From Antedon mediterranea (lineage: Eukaryota; Animalia; Echinodermata): a stretch of DNA of 64,000 nucleotides. Below the pieces are notes generated by a model. It saw only the letters and a program-made list of their open reading frames with translations. It made no database searches and was not told the origin of the DNA. The translations under genes and the position numbers were made by a program. Location of the stretch: positions 12,758,771 to 12,822,770 of the forward strand of contig NC_092676.1 in the NCBI RefSeq assembly GCF_964355755.1. The letters run 5' to 3'. How positions within the stretch are numbered: position 1 is the first letter of the stretch; the number at the start of each line of letters is the position of its first letter. Below, piece after piece: positions 39,566 to 54,600 of this stretch.

Positions 39566-42394
39566 AGAGACGTTTTAGACCATTTTTTGCATTTCGATGA
39601 AACTTGGTTACACAAAAACATCAAAGTGCTTAAAATCACATTTAAAACCGTTTTAGAGCATTTTTAGCATTTCGATAAAACTTTTCACACAAAAACATCA
39701 AAGTGTACAAAATAGCTTCAAATCGCATTTAGAGAGGTTTTAGACAATTTTGTGCATTTCGATAAAACTTTTCACACAAAAACATCAAAGTGTACAAAAT
39801 AGCTTCAAATTGCATTTAGAGACGTTTTAGACCATTTTGTGCATTTCGATAAAACTTTTCACACAAAAACATCAAATTGCACAAAATCGTTTTAAACCAT
39901 TTTAAATCGTTTTAAACCATTTTGAGCATTTCGATAAAACTTTTCACAAAAAACATCAAAGTGCACAGAATAGCTTCAAATTGCATTTGGAGACGTTTTA
40001 GAGCATTTTGTGCATTTCGATAAAATGTGTTAACATAAAAAGACCAAAGTGTTTAGAATATCTTCAAATCACATTTGGAGACGTTTTAGACCATTTTTTG
40101 CATTTCGATGAAACTTGGTTACACAAAAACATCAAAGTGCTTAAAATCACATTTGAAACCGTTTTAGAGCATTTTGAGCATTTCGATAAAACTTTTCACA
40201 CAAAAACATCAAAGTGTACAAAATAGCTTCAAATCGCATTTGGAGACGTTTTAGACCATTTTGTGCATTTCGATGAAACTTGGTTACACAAAAACATCAA
40301 AGTGCTTAAAATCACATTTGAAAGCGTTTTAGAGCATTTTTAGCATTTCGATAATACTTTTCACACAAAAACATCAAAGTGCACAAAATAGCTTCAAATC
40401 GCATTTAGAGATGTTTTAGACCATTTTGTGCATTTCGATAAAACTTTTCACACAAAAACATCAAATTGCACAAAATAGCTTAATACCGTGTTTGAAATCA
40501 TTTTAAACCATTTTGAGCATGTCGATAAAACTTTTCACACAAAAACATCAAAGTGTTTAGAATATCTCCAAATCGCATTTGGAGACGTTTTAGACCATTT
40601 TGTGCATTTCGATGAAACTTGGTTACACAAAAACATCAAAGTGCTTAAAATCACATTTGAAACCGTTTTAGAGCATTTTGAGCATTTCGATAAAACTTTT
40701 CAAACAAAAACATCAAAGTGTACAAAATAGCTTCAAATCACATTTGAAACCGTTTTAGACCATTTTGAGCATTTCGATAAAACTTTTCACACAAAAACAT
40801 CAAAGTGTACAAAATAGCTTCAAATCGCATTTGGAGACGTTTTAGACCATTTTGTGCATTTCGATGAAACTTGGTTACACAAAAACATCAAAGTGCTTAA
40901 AATCACATTTGAAACCGTTTTAGAGCATTTTTAGCATTTCGATAATACTTTTCACACAAAACATCAAAGTGTACAAAATAGCTTCAAATCGCATTTGGAG
41001 ACGTTTTAGACCATTTTGTGCATTTCGATGAAACTTGGTTACACAAAAACATCAAAGTGCTTAAAATCACATTTGAAACCGTTTTAGACCATTTTGAGCA
41101 TTTCGATAAAACTTTTCACACAAAAACATCAAAGTGTACAAAATAGCTTCAAATCGCATTTAGAGAGGTTTTAGACAATTTTGTGCATTTCGATAAAACT
41201 TTTCACACAAAAACATCAAAGTGTACAAAATAGCTTCAAATTGCATTTAGAGACGTTTTAGACCATTTTGTGCATTTCGATAAAACTTTTCACACAAAAA
41301 CATCAAATTGCACAAAATCGTTTTAAACCATTTTAAATCGTTTTAAACCATTTTGAGCATTTCGATAAAACTTTTCACAAAAAACATCAAAGTGCACAGA
41401 ATAGCTTCAAATTGCATTTGGAGACGTTTTAGAGCATTTTGTGCATTTCGATAAAATGTGTTAACATAAAAAGACCAAAGTGTTTAGAATATCTTCAAAT
41501 CACATTTGGAGACGTTTTAGACCATTTTTTGCATTTCGATGAAACTTGGTTACACAAAAACATCAAAGTGCTTAAAATCACATTTGAAACCGTTTTAGAG
41601 CATTTTGAGCATTTCGATAAAACTTTTCACACAAAAACATCAAAGTGTACAAAATAGCTTCAAATCGCATTTGGAGACGTTTTAGACCATTTTGTGCATT
41701 TCGATGAAACTTGGTTACACAAAAACATCAAAGTGCTTAAAATCACATTTGAAAGCGTTTTAGAGCATTTTTAGCATTTCGATAATACTTTTCACACAAA
41801 AACATCAAAGTGCACAAAATAGCTTCAAATCGCATTTAGAGATGTTTTAGACCATTTTGTGCATTTCGATAAAACTTTTCACACAAAAACATCAAATTGC
41901 ACAAAATAGCTTAATACCGTGTTTGAAATCATTTTAAACCATTTTGAGCATGTCGATAAAACTTTTCACACAAAAACATCAAAGTGTTTAGAATATCTCC
42001 AAATCGCATTTGGAGACGTTTTAGACCATTTTGTGCATTTCGATGAAACTTGGTTACACAAAAACATCAAAGTGCTTAAAATCACATTTGAAACCGTTTT
42101 AGAGCATTTTGAGCATTTCGATAAAACTTTTCAAACAAAAACATCAAAGTGTACAAAATAGCTTCAAATCACATTTGAAACCGTTTTAGACCATTTTGAG
42201 CATTTCGATAAAACTTTTCACACAAAAACATCAAAGTGTACAAAATAGCTTCAAATCGCATTTGGAGACGTTTTAGACCATTTTGTGCATTTCGATGAAA
42301 CTTGGTTACACAAAAACATCAAAGTGCTTAAAATCACATTTGAAACCGTTTTAGAGCATTTTTAGCATTTCGATAATACTTTTCACACAAAACA

Positions 42395-45300
42395 TCAAAG
42401 TGTACAAAATAGCTTCAAATCGCATTTGGAGACGTTTTAGACCATTTTGTGCATTTCGATGAAACTTGGTTACACAAAAACATCAAAGTGCTTAAAATCA
42501 CATTTGAAACCGTTTTAGACCATTTTGAGCATTTCGATAAAACTTTTCACACAAAAAAATCAAAGTGCACAAAATAGCTTCAAATCGCATTTGGGGACGT
42601 TTTAGACTATTTTGTGCATTTCGAAAAAAATTGTTAACATAAAAAGACCAAAGTGTTTAGAATATCTCCAAATCGCATTTGGAGACGTTTTAAACCATTT
42701 TGTGCATTTCGATGGAACTTGGTTACACAAAAACATCAAAGTGCTTAAAATCACATTTAAAACCGTTTTAGAGCATTTTTAGCATTTCGATAAAACTTTT
42801 CACACAAAAACATCAAAGTGTACAAAATAGCTTCAAATCGCATTTAGAGAGGTTTTAGACAATTTTGTGCATTTCGATAAAACTTTTCACACAAAAACAT
42901 CAAAGTGTACAAAATAGCTTCAAATTGCATTTAGAGACGTTTTAGACCATTTTGTGCATTTCGATAAAACTTTTCACACAAAAACATAAAATTGCACAAA
43001 ATCGTTTTAAACCATTTTAAATCGTTTTAAACCATTTTGAGCATGTCGATAAAACTTTTCACAAAAAACATCAAAGTGCACAGAATAGCTTCAAATTGCA
43101 TTTGGAGACGTTTTAGAGCATTTTGTGCATTTCGATAAAATGTGTTAACATAAAAAGACCAAAGTGTTTAGAATATCTTCAAATCACATTTGGAGACGTT
43201 TTAGACCATTTTTTGCATTTCGATGAAACTTGGTTACACAAAAACATCAAAGTGCTTAAAATCACATTTGAAACCGTTTTAGAGCATTTTGAGCATTTCG
43301 ATAAAACTTTTCACACAAAAACATCAAAGTGTACAAAATAGCTTCAAATCGCATTTAGAGACGTTTTAGACCATTTTTTGCATTTCGATGAAACTTGGTT
43401 ACACAAAAACATCAAAGTGCTTAAAATCACATTTAAAACCGTTTTAGAGCATTTTTAGCATTTCGATAAAACTTTTCACACAAAAACATCAAAGTGTACA
43501 AAATAGCTTCAAATCGCATTTAGAGAGGTTTTAGACAATTTTGTGCATTTCGATAAAACTTTTCACACAAAAACATCAAAGTGTACAAAATAGCTTCAAA
43601 TTGCATTTAGAGACGTTTTAGACCATTTTGTGCATTTCGATAAAACTTTTCACACAAAAACATCAAATTGCACAAAATCGTTTTAAACCATTTTAAATCG
43701 TTTTAAACCATTTTGAGCATTTCGATAAAACTTTTCACAAAAAACATCAAAGTGCACAGAATAGCTTCAAATTGCATTTGGAGACGTTTTAGAGCATTTT
43801 GTGCATTTCGATAAAATGTGTTAACATAAAAAGACCAAAGTGTTTAGAATATCTTCAAATCACATTTGGAGACGTTTTAGACCATTTTTTGCATTTCGAT
43901 GAAACTTGGTTACACAAAAACATCAAAGTGCTTAAAATCACATTTGAAACCGTTTTAGAGCATTTTGAGCATTTCGATAAAACTTTTCACACAAAAACAT
44001 CAAAGTGTACAAAATAGCTTCAAATCGCATTTAGAGACGTTTTAGACCATTTTGTGCATTTCGAAAAAATTTGTTAACATAAAAAGACCAAAGTGTTTAG
44101 AATATCTCCAAATCGCATTTGGAGACGTTTTAGACCATTTTGTGCATTTCGATGAAACTTGGTTACACAAAAACATCAAAGTGCTTAAAATAAAAAAAAA
44201 TGATTTTCACACAAAAACATCAAAGTGTACAAAATAGCTTCAAATCGCATTTGGAGACGTTTTAGACCATTTTGTGCATTTCGATGAAACTTGGTTACAC
44301 AAAAACATCAAAGTGCTTAAAATCACATTTGAAACCGTTTTAGACCATTTTGAGCATTTCGATAAAACTTTTCACACAAAAAAATCAAAGTGCACAAAAT
44401 AGCTTCAAATCGCATTTGGGGACGTTTTAGACTATTTTGTGCATTTCGAAAAAAATTGTTAACATAAAAAGACCAAAGTGTTTAGAATATCTCCAAATCG
44501 CATTTGGAGACGTTTTAAACCATTTTGTGCATTTCGATGGAACTTGGTTACACAAAAACATCAAAGTGCTTAAAATCACATTTAAAACCGTTTTAGAGCA
44601 TTTTTAGCATTTCGATAAAACTTTTCACACAAAAACATCAAAGTGTACAAAATAGCTTCAAATCGCATTTAGAGAGGTTTTAGACAATTTTGTGCATTTC
44701 GATAAAACTTTTCACACAAAAACATCAAAGTGTACAAAATAGCTTCAAATTGCATTTAGAGACGTTTTAGACCATTTTGTGCATTTCGATAAAACTTTTC
44801 ACACAAAAACATAAAATTGCACAAAATCGTTTTAAACCATTTTAAATCGTTTTAAACCATTTTGAGCATGTCGATAAAACTTTTCACAAAAAACATCAAA
44901 GTGCACAGAATAGCTTCAAATTGCATTTGGAGACGTTTTAGAGCATTTTGTGCATTTCGATAAAATGTGTTAACATAAAAAGACCAAAGTGTTTAGAATA
45001 TCTTCAAATCACATTTGGAGACGTTTTAGACCATTTTTTGCATTTCGATGAAACTTGGTTACACAAAAACATCAAAGTGCTTAAAATCACATTTGAAACC
45101 GTTTTAGAGCATTTTGAGCATTTCGATAAAACTTTTCACACAAAAACATCAAAGTGTACAAAATAGCTTCAAATCGCATTTAGAGACGTTTTAGACCATT
45201 TTTTGCATTTCGATGAAACTTGGTTACACAAAAACATCAAAGTGCTTAAAATCACATTTAAAACCGTTTTAGAGCATTTTTAGCATTTCGATAAAACTTT

Positions 45301-47840
45301 TCACACAAAAACATCAAAGTGTACAAAATAGCTTCAAATCGCATTTAGAGAGGTTTTAGACAATTTTGTGCATTTCGATAAAACTTTTCACACAAAAACA
45401 TCAAAGTGTACAAAATAGCTTCAAATTGCATTTAGAGACGTTTTAGACCATTTTGTGCATTTCGATAAAACTTTTCACACAAAAACATCAAATTGCACAA
45501 AATCGTTTTAAACCATTTTAAATCGTTTTAAACCATTTTGAGCATTTCGATAAAACTTTTCACAAAAAACATCAAAGTGCACAGAATAGCTTCAAATTGC
45601 ATTTGGAGACGTTTTAGAGCATTTTGTGCATTTCGATAAAATGTGTTAACATAAAAAGACCAAAGTGTTTAGAATATCTTCAAATCACATTTGGAGACGT
45701 TTTAGACCATTTTTTGCATTTCGATGAAACTTGGTTACACAAAAACATCAAAGTGCTTAAAATCACATTTGAAACCGTTTTAGAGCATTTTGAGCATTTC
45801 GATAAAACTTTTCACACAAAAACATCAAAGTGTACAAAATAGCTTCAAATCGCATTTAGAGACGTTTTAGACCATTTTGTGCATTTCGAAAAAATTTGTT
45901 AACATAAAAAGACCAAAGTGTTTAGAATATCTCCAAATCGCATTTGGAGACGTTTTAGACCATTTTGTGCATTTCGATGAAACTTGGTTACACAAAAACA
46001 TCAAAGTGCTTAAAATAAAAAAAAATGATTTTCACACAAAAACATCAAAGTGTACAAAATAGCTTCAAATCGCATTTGGAGACGTTTTAGACCATTTTGT
46101 GCATTTCGATGAAACTTGGTTACACAAAAACATCAAAGTGCTTAAAATCACATTTGAAACCGTTTTAGACCATTTTGAGCATTTCGATAAAACTTTTCAC
46201 ACAAAAAAATCAAAGTGCACAAAATAGCTTCAAATCGCATTTGGGGACGTTTTAGACTATTTTGTGCATTTCGAAAAAAATTGTTAACATAAAAAGACCA
46301 AAGTGTTTAGAATATCTCCAAATCGCATTTGGAGACGTTTTAAACCATTTTGTGCATTTCGATGGAACTTGGTTACACAAAAACATCAAAGTGCTTAAAA
46401 TCACATTTAAAACCGTTTTAGAGCATTTTTAGCATTTCGATAAAACTTTTCACACAAAAACATCAAAGTGTACAAAATAGCTTCAAATCGCATTTAGAGA
46501 GGTTTTAGACAATTTTGTGCATTTCGATAAAACTTTTCACACAAAAACATCAAAGTGTACAAAATAGCTTCAAATTGCATTTAGAGACGTTTTAGACCAT
46601 TTTGTGCATTTCGATAAAACTTTTCACACAAAAACATAAAATTGCACAAAATCGTTTTAAACCATTTTAAATCGTTTTAAACCATTTTGAGCATGTCGAT
46701 AAAACTTTTCACAAAAAACATCAAAGTGCACAGAATAGCTTCAAATTGCATTTGGAGACGTTTTAGAGCATTTTGTGCATTTCGATAAAATGTGTTAACA
46801 TAAAAAGACCAAAGTGTTTAGAATATCTTCAAATCACATTTGGAGACGTTTTAGACCATTTTTTGCATTTCGATGAAACTTGGTTACACAAAAACATCAA
46901 AGTGCTTAAAATCACATTTGAAACCGTTTTAGAGCATTTTGAGCATTTCGATAAAACTTTTCACACAAAAACATCAAAGTGTACAAAATAGCTTCAAATC
47001 GCATTTAGAGACGTTTTAGACCATTTTTTGCATTTCGATGAAACTTGGTTACACAAAAACATCAAAGTGCTTAAAATCACATTTAAAACCGTTTTAGAGC
47101 ATTTTTAGCATTTCGATAAAACTTTTCACACAAAAACATCAAAGTGTACAAAATAGCTTCAAATCGCATTTAGAGAGGTTTTAGACAATTTTGTGCATTT
47201 CGATAAAACTTTTCACACAAAAACATCAAAGTGTACAAAATAGCTTCAAATTGCATTTAGAGACGTTTTAGACCATTTTGTGCATTTCGATAAAACTTTT
47301 CACACAAAAACATCAAATTGCACAAAATCGTTTTAAACCATTTTAAATCGTTTTAAACCATTTTGAGCATTTCGATAAAACTTTTCACAAAAAACATCAA
47401 AGTGCACAGAATAGCTTCAAATTGCATTTGGAGACGTTTTAGAGCATTTTGTGCATTTCGATAAAATGTGTTAACATAAAAAGACCAAAGTGTTTAGAAT
47501 ATCTTCAAATCACATTTGGAGACGTTTTAGACCATTTTTTGCATTTCGATGAAACTTGGTTACACAAAAACATCAAAGTGCTTAAAATCACATTTGAAAC
47601 CGTTTTAGAGCATTTTGAGCATTTCGATAAAACTTTTCACACAAAAACATCAAAGTGTACAAAATAGCTTCAAATCGCATTTAGAGACGTTTTAGACCAT
47701 TTTGTGCATTTCGAAAAAATTTGTTAACATAAAAAGACCAAAGTGTTTAGAATATCTCCAAATCGCATTTGGAGACGTTTTAGACCATTTTGTGCATTTC
47801 GATGAAACTTGGTTACACAAAAACATCAAAGTGCTTAAAA
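42395..47840 (+). repeat. Local tandem array of a 1825-bp unit, ~3 copies
   Basis: 43123/44948/46773, 43799/45624/47449 and 44052/45877 are each spaced 1825 bp. Each unit contains a 676-bp internal repeat. Confidence 0.9.
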
Positions 47841-48383
47841 TCACATTTGAAACCGTTTTAGAGCATTTTTAGCATTTCGATAATACTTTTCACACAAAAA
47901 CATCAAAGTGTACAAAATAGCTTCAAATCGCATTTGGAGACGTTTTAGACCATTTTGTGCATTTCGATGAAACTTGGTTACACAAAAACATCAAAGTGCT
48001 TAAAATCACATTTGAAACCGTTTTAGACCATTTTGAGCATTTCGATAAAACTTTTCACACAAAAAAATCAAAGTGCACAAAATAGCTTCAAATCGCATTT
48101 GGAGACGTTTTAGACTATTTTGTGCATTTTGAAAAAATTTGTTAACATAAAAAGACCAAAGTGTTTAGAATATCTCCAAATCGCATTTGGAGACGTTTTA
48201 AACCATTTTGTGCATTTCGATGGAACTTGGTTACACAAAAACATCAAAGTGCTTAAAATCACATTTAAAACCGTTTTAGAGCATTTTGAGCATTTCGATA
48301 AAACTTTTCACACAAAAACATCAAAGTGTACAAAATAGCTTCAAATCGCATTTAGAGACGTTTTAGACCATTTTGTGCATTTC

Positions 48384-51100
48384 GATAAAACTTTTCACAC
48401 AAAAACATCAAATTGCACAAATAGCTTAATACCGTGTTTGAAATCGTTTTAAACCATTTTGAGCATGTCGATAAAACTTTTCACAAAAAAACATCAAAGT
48501 GCACAGAATAGCTTCAAATCGCATTTGGAGACGTTTTAAACCATTTTGTGCATTTCGATAAAACTTTTCACATAAAAACAACAAAGTGTACAAAATAGCT
48601 TCAAATCGCATTTGGAGACGTTTTAGACCATTTTGTGCATTTCGATGAAACTCATCAAAGTGCTTAAAATCACATTTGAAACCGTTTTAGAGCATTTTGA
48701 GCATTTCGATAAAACTTTTCACACAAAAACATCAAAGTGTACAAAATAGCTTCAAATCACATTTGAAACCGTTTTAGACCATATTGAGCATTTCGATAAA
48801 ACTTTTCACACAAAAACATCAAAGTGTACAAAATAGCTTCAAATCGCATTTGGAGACGTTTTAGACCATTTTGTGTATTTCGATGAAACTTGGTTACACA
48901 AAAACATCAAAGTGCTTAAAATCACATTTGAAAGCGTTTTAGAGCATTTTTAGCATTTCGATAATACTTTTCACACAAAAACATCAAAGTGTACAAAATA
49001 GCTTCAAATCGCATTTGGAGACGTTTTAGACCATTTTGTGCATTTCGATGAAACTTGGTTACACAAAAACATCAAAGTGCTTAAAATCACATTTAAAACA
49101 GTTTTAGAGCATTTTGAGCATTTCGATAAAACTTTTCACACAAAAACATCAAAGTGTACAAAATAGCTTCAAATCGCATTTAAAGAGGTTTTAGACCATT
49201 TTGTGCATTTCGATAAAACTTTTCACACAAAAACATCAAAGTGTACAAAATAGCTTCAAATCGCATTTAGAGACGTTTTAGACCATCTTGTGCATTTCGA
49301 TAAAACTTTTCACACAAAAACATCAAATTGCACAAAATAGCTTAATATCGTGTTTGAAAACGTTTTAAACCATTTTGAGCATGTCGATAAAACTTTTCAC
49401 ACAAAAATATCAAAGTGCACAGAATATCTTCAAATCGCATTTAGAGACGTTTTAGACCATTTTGTGCATTTCGAAAAAATTTGTTAACATAAAAAGACCA
49501 AAGTGTTTAGAATATCTCCAAATCGCATTTGGAGACGTTTTAGACCATTTTGTGCATTTCAATGAAACTTGGTTACACAAAAACATCAAAGTGCTTAAAA
49601 TCACATTTGAAACCGTTTTAGAGCATTTTTAGCATTTCGATAATACTTTTCACACAAAAACATCAAAGTGTACAAAATAGCTTCAAATCGCATTTAGAGA
49701 GGTTTTAGACCATTTTGGGCATTTCGATAAAACTTTTCACACAAAAACATCAAAGTGTACAAAATAGCTTCAAATCGCATTTAGAGACGTTTTAGACCAT
49801 TTTGTGCATTTCGATAAAACTTTTCACACAAAAACATCAAATTGCACAAAATAGCTTAATACCGTGTTTGAAATCGTTTTAAACCATTTTGAGCATGTCG
49901 ATAAAACTTTTCACAAAAAAACATCAAAGTGCACAGAATAGCTTCAAATCGCATTTGGAGACGTTTTAAACCATTTTGAGCATTTCGATAAAACTTTTCA
50001 CACAAAAACATCAAAGTGTACAAAATAGCTTCAAATCGCATTTAGAGAGGTTTTAGACCATTTTGTGCATTTCGATAAAACTTTTCACACAAGAACATCA
50101 AATTGCACAAAATAGCTTAATATCGTGTTTGAAAACGTTTTAAACCATTTTGAGCATGTCGATAAAACTTTTCACACAAAAATATCAAAGCGCACAGAAT
50201 ATCTTCAAATCGCATTTAGAGACGTTTTAGAGCATTTTGTGCATTTCGAAAAAATTTGTTAACATAAAAAGACCAAAGTGTTTAGAATATCTCCAAATCG
50301 CATTTGGAGACGTTTTAGACCATTTTGTGCATTTCGATGAAACTTGATTACACAAAAACATCAAAGTGCTTAAAATCACATTTAAAACCGTTTTAGAGCG
50401 TTTTGAGCATTTCGATAAACTTTTCACACAAAAACATCAAAGTGCACAAAATAGCTTCAAATCGCATTTAGAGATGTTTTAGACCATTTTGTGCATTTCG
50501 ATAAAACTTTTCACACAAAAACATCAAATTGCACAAAATAGCTTAATATCGTGTTTGAAATCGTTTTAAACCATTTTGAGCATGTCGATAAAACTTTTCA
50601 CACAAAAACATCAAAGTGCACAGAATATCTTCAAATCGCATTTAGAGACGTTTTAGACCATTTTGTGCATTTCGAAAAAATTTGTTAACATAAAAAGACC
50701 AAAGTGTTTAGAATATCTCCAAATCGCATTTGGAGACGTTTTAGACCATTTTGTGCATTTCGATGAAACTTGGTTACACAAAAACATCAAAGTGCTTAAA
50801 ATCACATTTGAAACCGTTTTAGAGCATTTTGAGCATTTCGATAAAACTTTTCACACAAAAACATCAAAGTGTACAAAATAGCTTCAAATCACATTTGAAA
50901 CCGTTTTAGACCATTTTGAGCATTTCGATAAAACTTTTCACACAAAAACATCAAAGTGTACAAAATAGCTTCAAATCGCATTTGGAGACGTTTTAGACCA
51001 TTTTGTGCATTTCGATGAAACTTGGTTACACAAAAACATCAAAGTGCTTAAAATCACATTTGAAACCGTTTTAGAGCATTTTTAGCATTTCGATAATACT
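48384..51100 (+). repeat. Copy of the window start (1-~2450)
   Basis: Offset 48383 (43/48426), then 48630 (1226/49856, 1597/50227, 2033/50663). The 247-bp difference equals three extra 87-mers minus a 14-bp deletion. Shared rare marks include AACAACAAAG, TTTCAATG, AAAGCGCAC and CTTGATTA. Confidence 0.85.
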
Positions 51101-51679
51101 TTTCACACAAAACATCAAAGTGTACAAAATAGCTTCAAATCGCATTTGGAGACGTTTTAGACCATTTTGTGCATTTCGATGAAACTTGGTTACACAAAAA
51201 CATCAAAGTGCTTAAAATCACATTTGAAACCGTTTTAGACCATTTTGAGCATTTCGATAAAACTTTTCACACAAAAAAATCAAAGTGCACAAAATAGCTT
51301 CAAATCGCATTTGGGGACGTTTTAGACTATTTTGTGCATTTCGAAAAAAATTGTTAACATAAAAAGACCAAAGTGTTTAGAATATCTCCAAATCGCATTT
51401 GGAGACGTTTTAAACCATTTTGTGCATTTCGATGGAACTTGGTTACACAAAAACATCAAAGTGCTTAAAATCACATTTAAAACCGTTTTAGAGCATTTTT
51501 AGCATTTCGATAAAACTTTTCACACAAAAACATCAAAGTGTACAAAATAGCTTCAAATCGCATTTAGAGAGGTTTTAGACAATTTTGTGCATTTCGATAA
51601 AACTTTTCACACAAAAACATCAAAGTGTACAAAATAGCTTCAAATTGCATTTAGAGACGTTTTAGACCATTTTGTGCAT

Positions 51680-54600
51680 TTCGATGAAACTTGGTTACAC
51701 AAAAACATCAAAGTGCTTAAAATCACATTTGAAACCGTTTTAGACCATTTTGAGCATTTCGATAAAACTTTTCACACAAAAAAATCAAAGTGCACAAAAT
51801 AGCTTCAAATCGCATTTGGGGACGTTTTAGACTATTTTGTGCATTTCGAAAAAAATTGTTAACATAAAAAGACCAAAGTGTTTAGAATATCTCCAAATCG
51901 CATTTGGAGACGTTTTAAACCATTTTGTGCATTTCGATGGAACTTGGTTACACAAAAACATCAAAGTGCTTAAAATCACATTTAAAACCGTTTTAGAGCA
52001 TTTTTAGCATTTCGATAAAACTTTTCACACAAAAACATCAAAGTGTACAAAATAGCTTCAAATCGCATTTAGAGAGGTTTTAGACAATTTTGTGCATTTC
52101 GATAAAACTTTTCACACAAAAACATCAAAGTGTACAAAATAGCTTCAAATTGCATTTAGAGACGTTTTAGACCATTTTGTGCATTTCGATAAAACTTTTC
52201 ACACAAAAACATAAAATTGCACAAAATCGTTTTAAACCATTTTAAATCGTTTTAAACCATTTTGAGCATGTCGATAAAACTTTTCACAAAAAACATCAAA
52301 GTGCACAGAATAGCTTCAAATTGCATTTGGAGACGTTTTAGAGCATTTTGTGCATTTCGATAAAATGTGTTAACATAAAAAGACCAAAGTGTTTAGAATA
52401 TCTTCAAATCACATTTGGAGACGTTTTAGACCATTTTTTGCATTTCGATGAAACTTGGTTACACAAAAACATCAAAGTGCTTAAAATCACATTTGAAACC
52501 GTTTTAGAGCATTTTGAGCATTTCGATAAAACTTTTCACACAAAAACATCAAAGTGTACAAAATAGCTTCAAATCGCATTTAGAGACATTTTAGACCATT
52601 TTGTGCATTTTGATAAAACTTTTCACACAAAAACATCAAATTGCACAAAATAGCTTAATATTGTGTTTGAAAACGTTTTAAACCATTTTGAGCATGTCGA
52701 TAAAACTTTTCACACAAAAATATCAAAGTGCCCAGAATATCTTCAAATCGCATTTAGAGACGTTTTAGACCATTTTGTGCATTTCGAAAAAATTTGTTAA
52801 CATAAAAAGACCAAAGTGTTTAGAATATCTCCAAATCGCATTTGGAGACGTTTTAGACCATTTTGTGTTTTTCGAAAAAACTTTTCACACAAAAACATCA
52901 AAGTGTACAAAATTGCTTCAAATCGCATTTAGAGAGGTTTTAGACCATTTTGTGCATTTCGATAAAACTTTTCACACAAAAACATCAAAGTGCACAGAAT
53001 ATCTTAATACCGTGTCTGAAATCGTTTTAAACCATTTTGAGCATGTCGATAAAACTTTTCACACAAAAACATCAAAGTGCTTAAAATCACATTTAAAACC
53101 GTTTTAGTGCATTTTGAGCATTTCGATAAAACTTTTCACACAAAAACATCAAAGTGTACAAAATAGCTTCAAATCGCATTTAGAGAGGTTTTAGACAATT
53201 TTGTGCATTTCGATAAAACTTTTCACACAAAAACATCAAAGTGTACAAAATAGCTTCAAATTGCATTTAGAGACGTTTTAGACCATTTTGTGCATTTCGA
53301 TAAAACTTTTCACACAAAAACATCAAATTGCACAAAATCGTTTTAAACCATTTTAAATCGTTTTAAACCATTTTGAGCATTTCGATAAAACTTTTCACAA
53401 AAAACATCAAAGTGCACAGAATAGCTTCAAATTGCATTTGGAGACGTTTTAGAGCATTTTGTGCATTTCGATAAAATGTGTTAACAGAAAAAGACCAAAG
53501 TGTTTAGAATATCTTCAAATCACATTTGGAGACGTTTTAGACCATTTTTTGCATTTCGATGAAACTTGGTTACACAAAAACATCAAAGTGCTTAAAATCA
53601 CATTTGAAACCGTTTTAGAGCATTTTGAGCATTTCGATAAAACTTTTCACACAAAAACATCAAAGTGTACAAAATAGCTTCAAATCGCATTTAGAGACGT
53701 TTTAGACCATTTTGTGCATTTCGAAAAAATTTGTTAACATAAAAAGACCAAAGTGTTTAGAATATCTCCAAATCGCATTTGGAGACGTTTTAGACCATTT
53801 TGTGCATTTCGATGAAACTTGGTTACACAAAAACATCAAAGTGCTTAAAATCACATTTGAAACCGTTTTAGAGCATTTTTAGCATTTCGATAATACTTTT
53901 CACACAAAAACATCAAAGTGTACAAAATAGCTTCAAATCGCATTTGGAGACGTTTTAGACCATTTTGTGCATTTCGATGAAACTTGGTTACACAAAAACA
54001 TCAAAGTGCTTAAAATCACATTTGAAACCGTTTTAGACCATTTTGAGCATTTCGATAAAACTTTTCACACAAAAAAATCAAAGTGCACAAATAGCTTCAA
54101 ATCGCATTTGGAGACGTTTTAGACTATTTTGTGCATTTTGAAAAAATTTGTTAACATAAAAAGACCAAAGTGTTTAGAATATCTCCAAATCGCATTTGGA
54201 GACGTTTTAAACCATTTTGTGCATTTCGATGGAACTTGGTTACACAAAAACATCAAAGTGCTTAAAATCACATTTAAAACCGTTTTAGAGCATTTTGAGC
54301 ATTTCGATAAAACTTTTCACACAAAAACATCAAAGTGTACAAAATAGCTTCAAATCGCATTTAGAGACGTTTTAGACCATTTTGTGCATTTCGATAAAAC
54401 TTTTCACACAAAAACATCAAATTGCACAAATAGCTTAATACCGTGTTTGAAATCGTTTTAAACCATTTTGAGCATGTCGATAAAACTTTTCACAAAAAAA
54501 CATCAAAGTGCACAGAATAGCTTAAAATCGCATTTGGAGACGTTTTAAACCATTTTGTGCATTTCGATAAAACTTTTCACATAAAAACAACAAAGTGTAC

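Noticed and set aside
44191-44203. A9 run as a retrotransposon poly(A) tail
   Set aside because: It is only 12 nt, has no element body or target-site duplication, and accompanies a deletion. It is treated as a repair filler instead.
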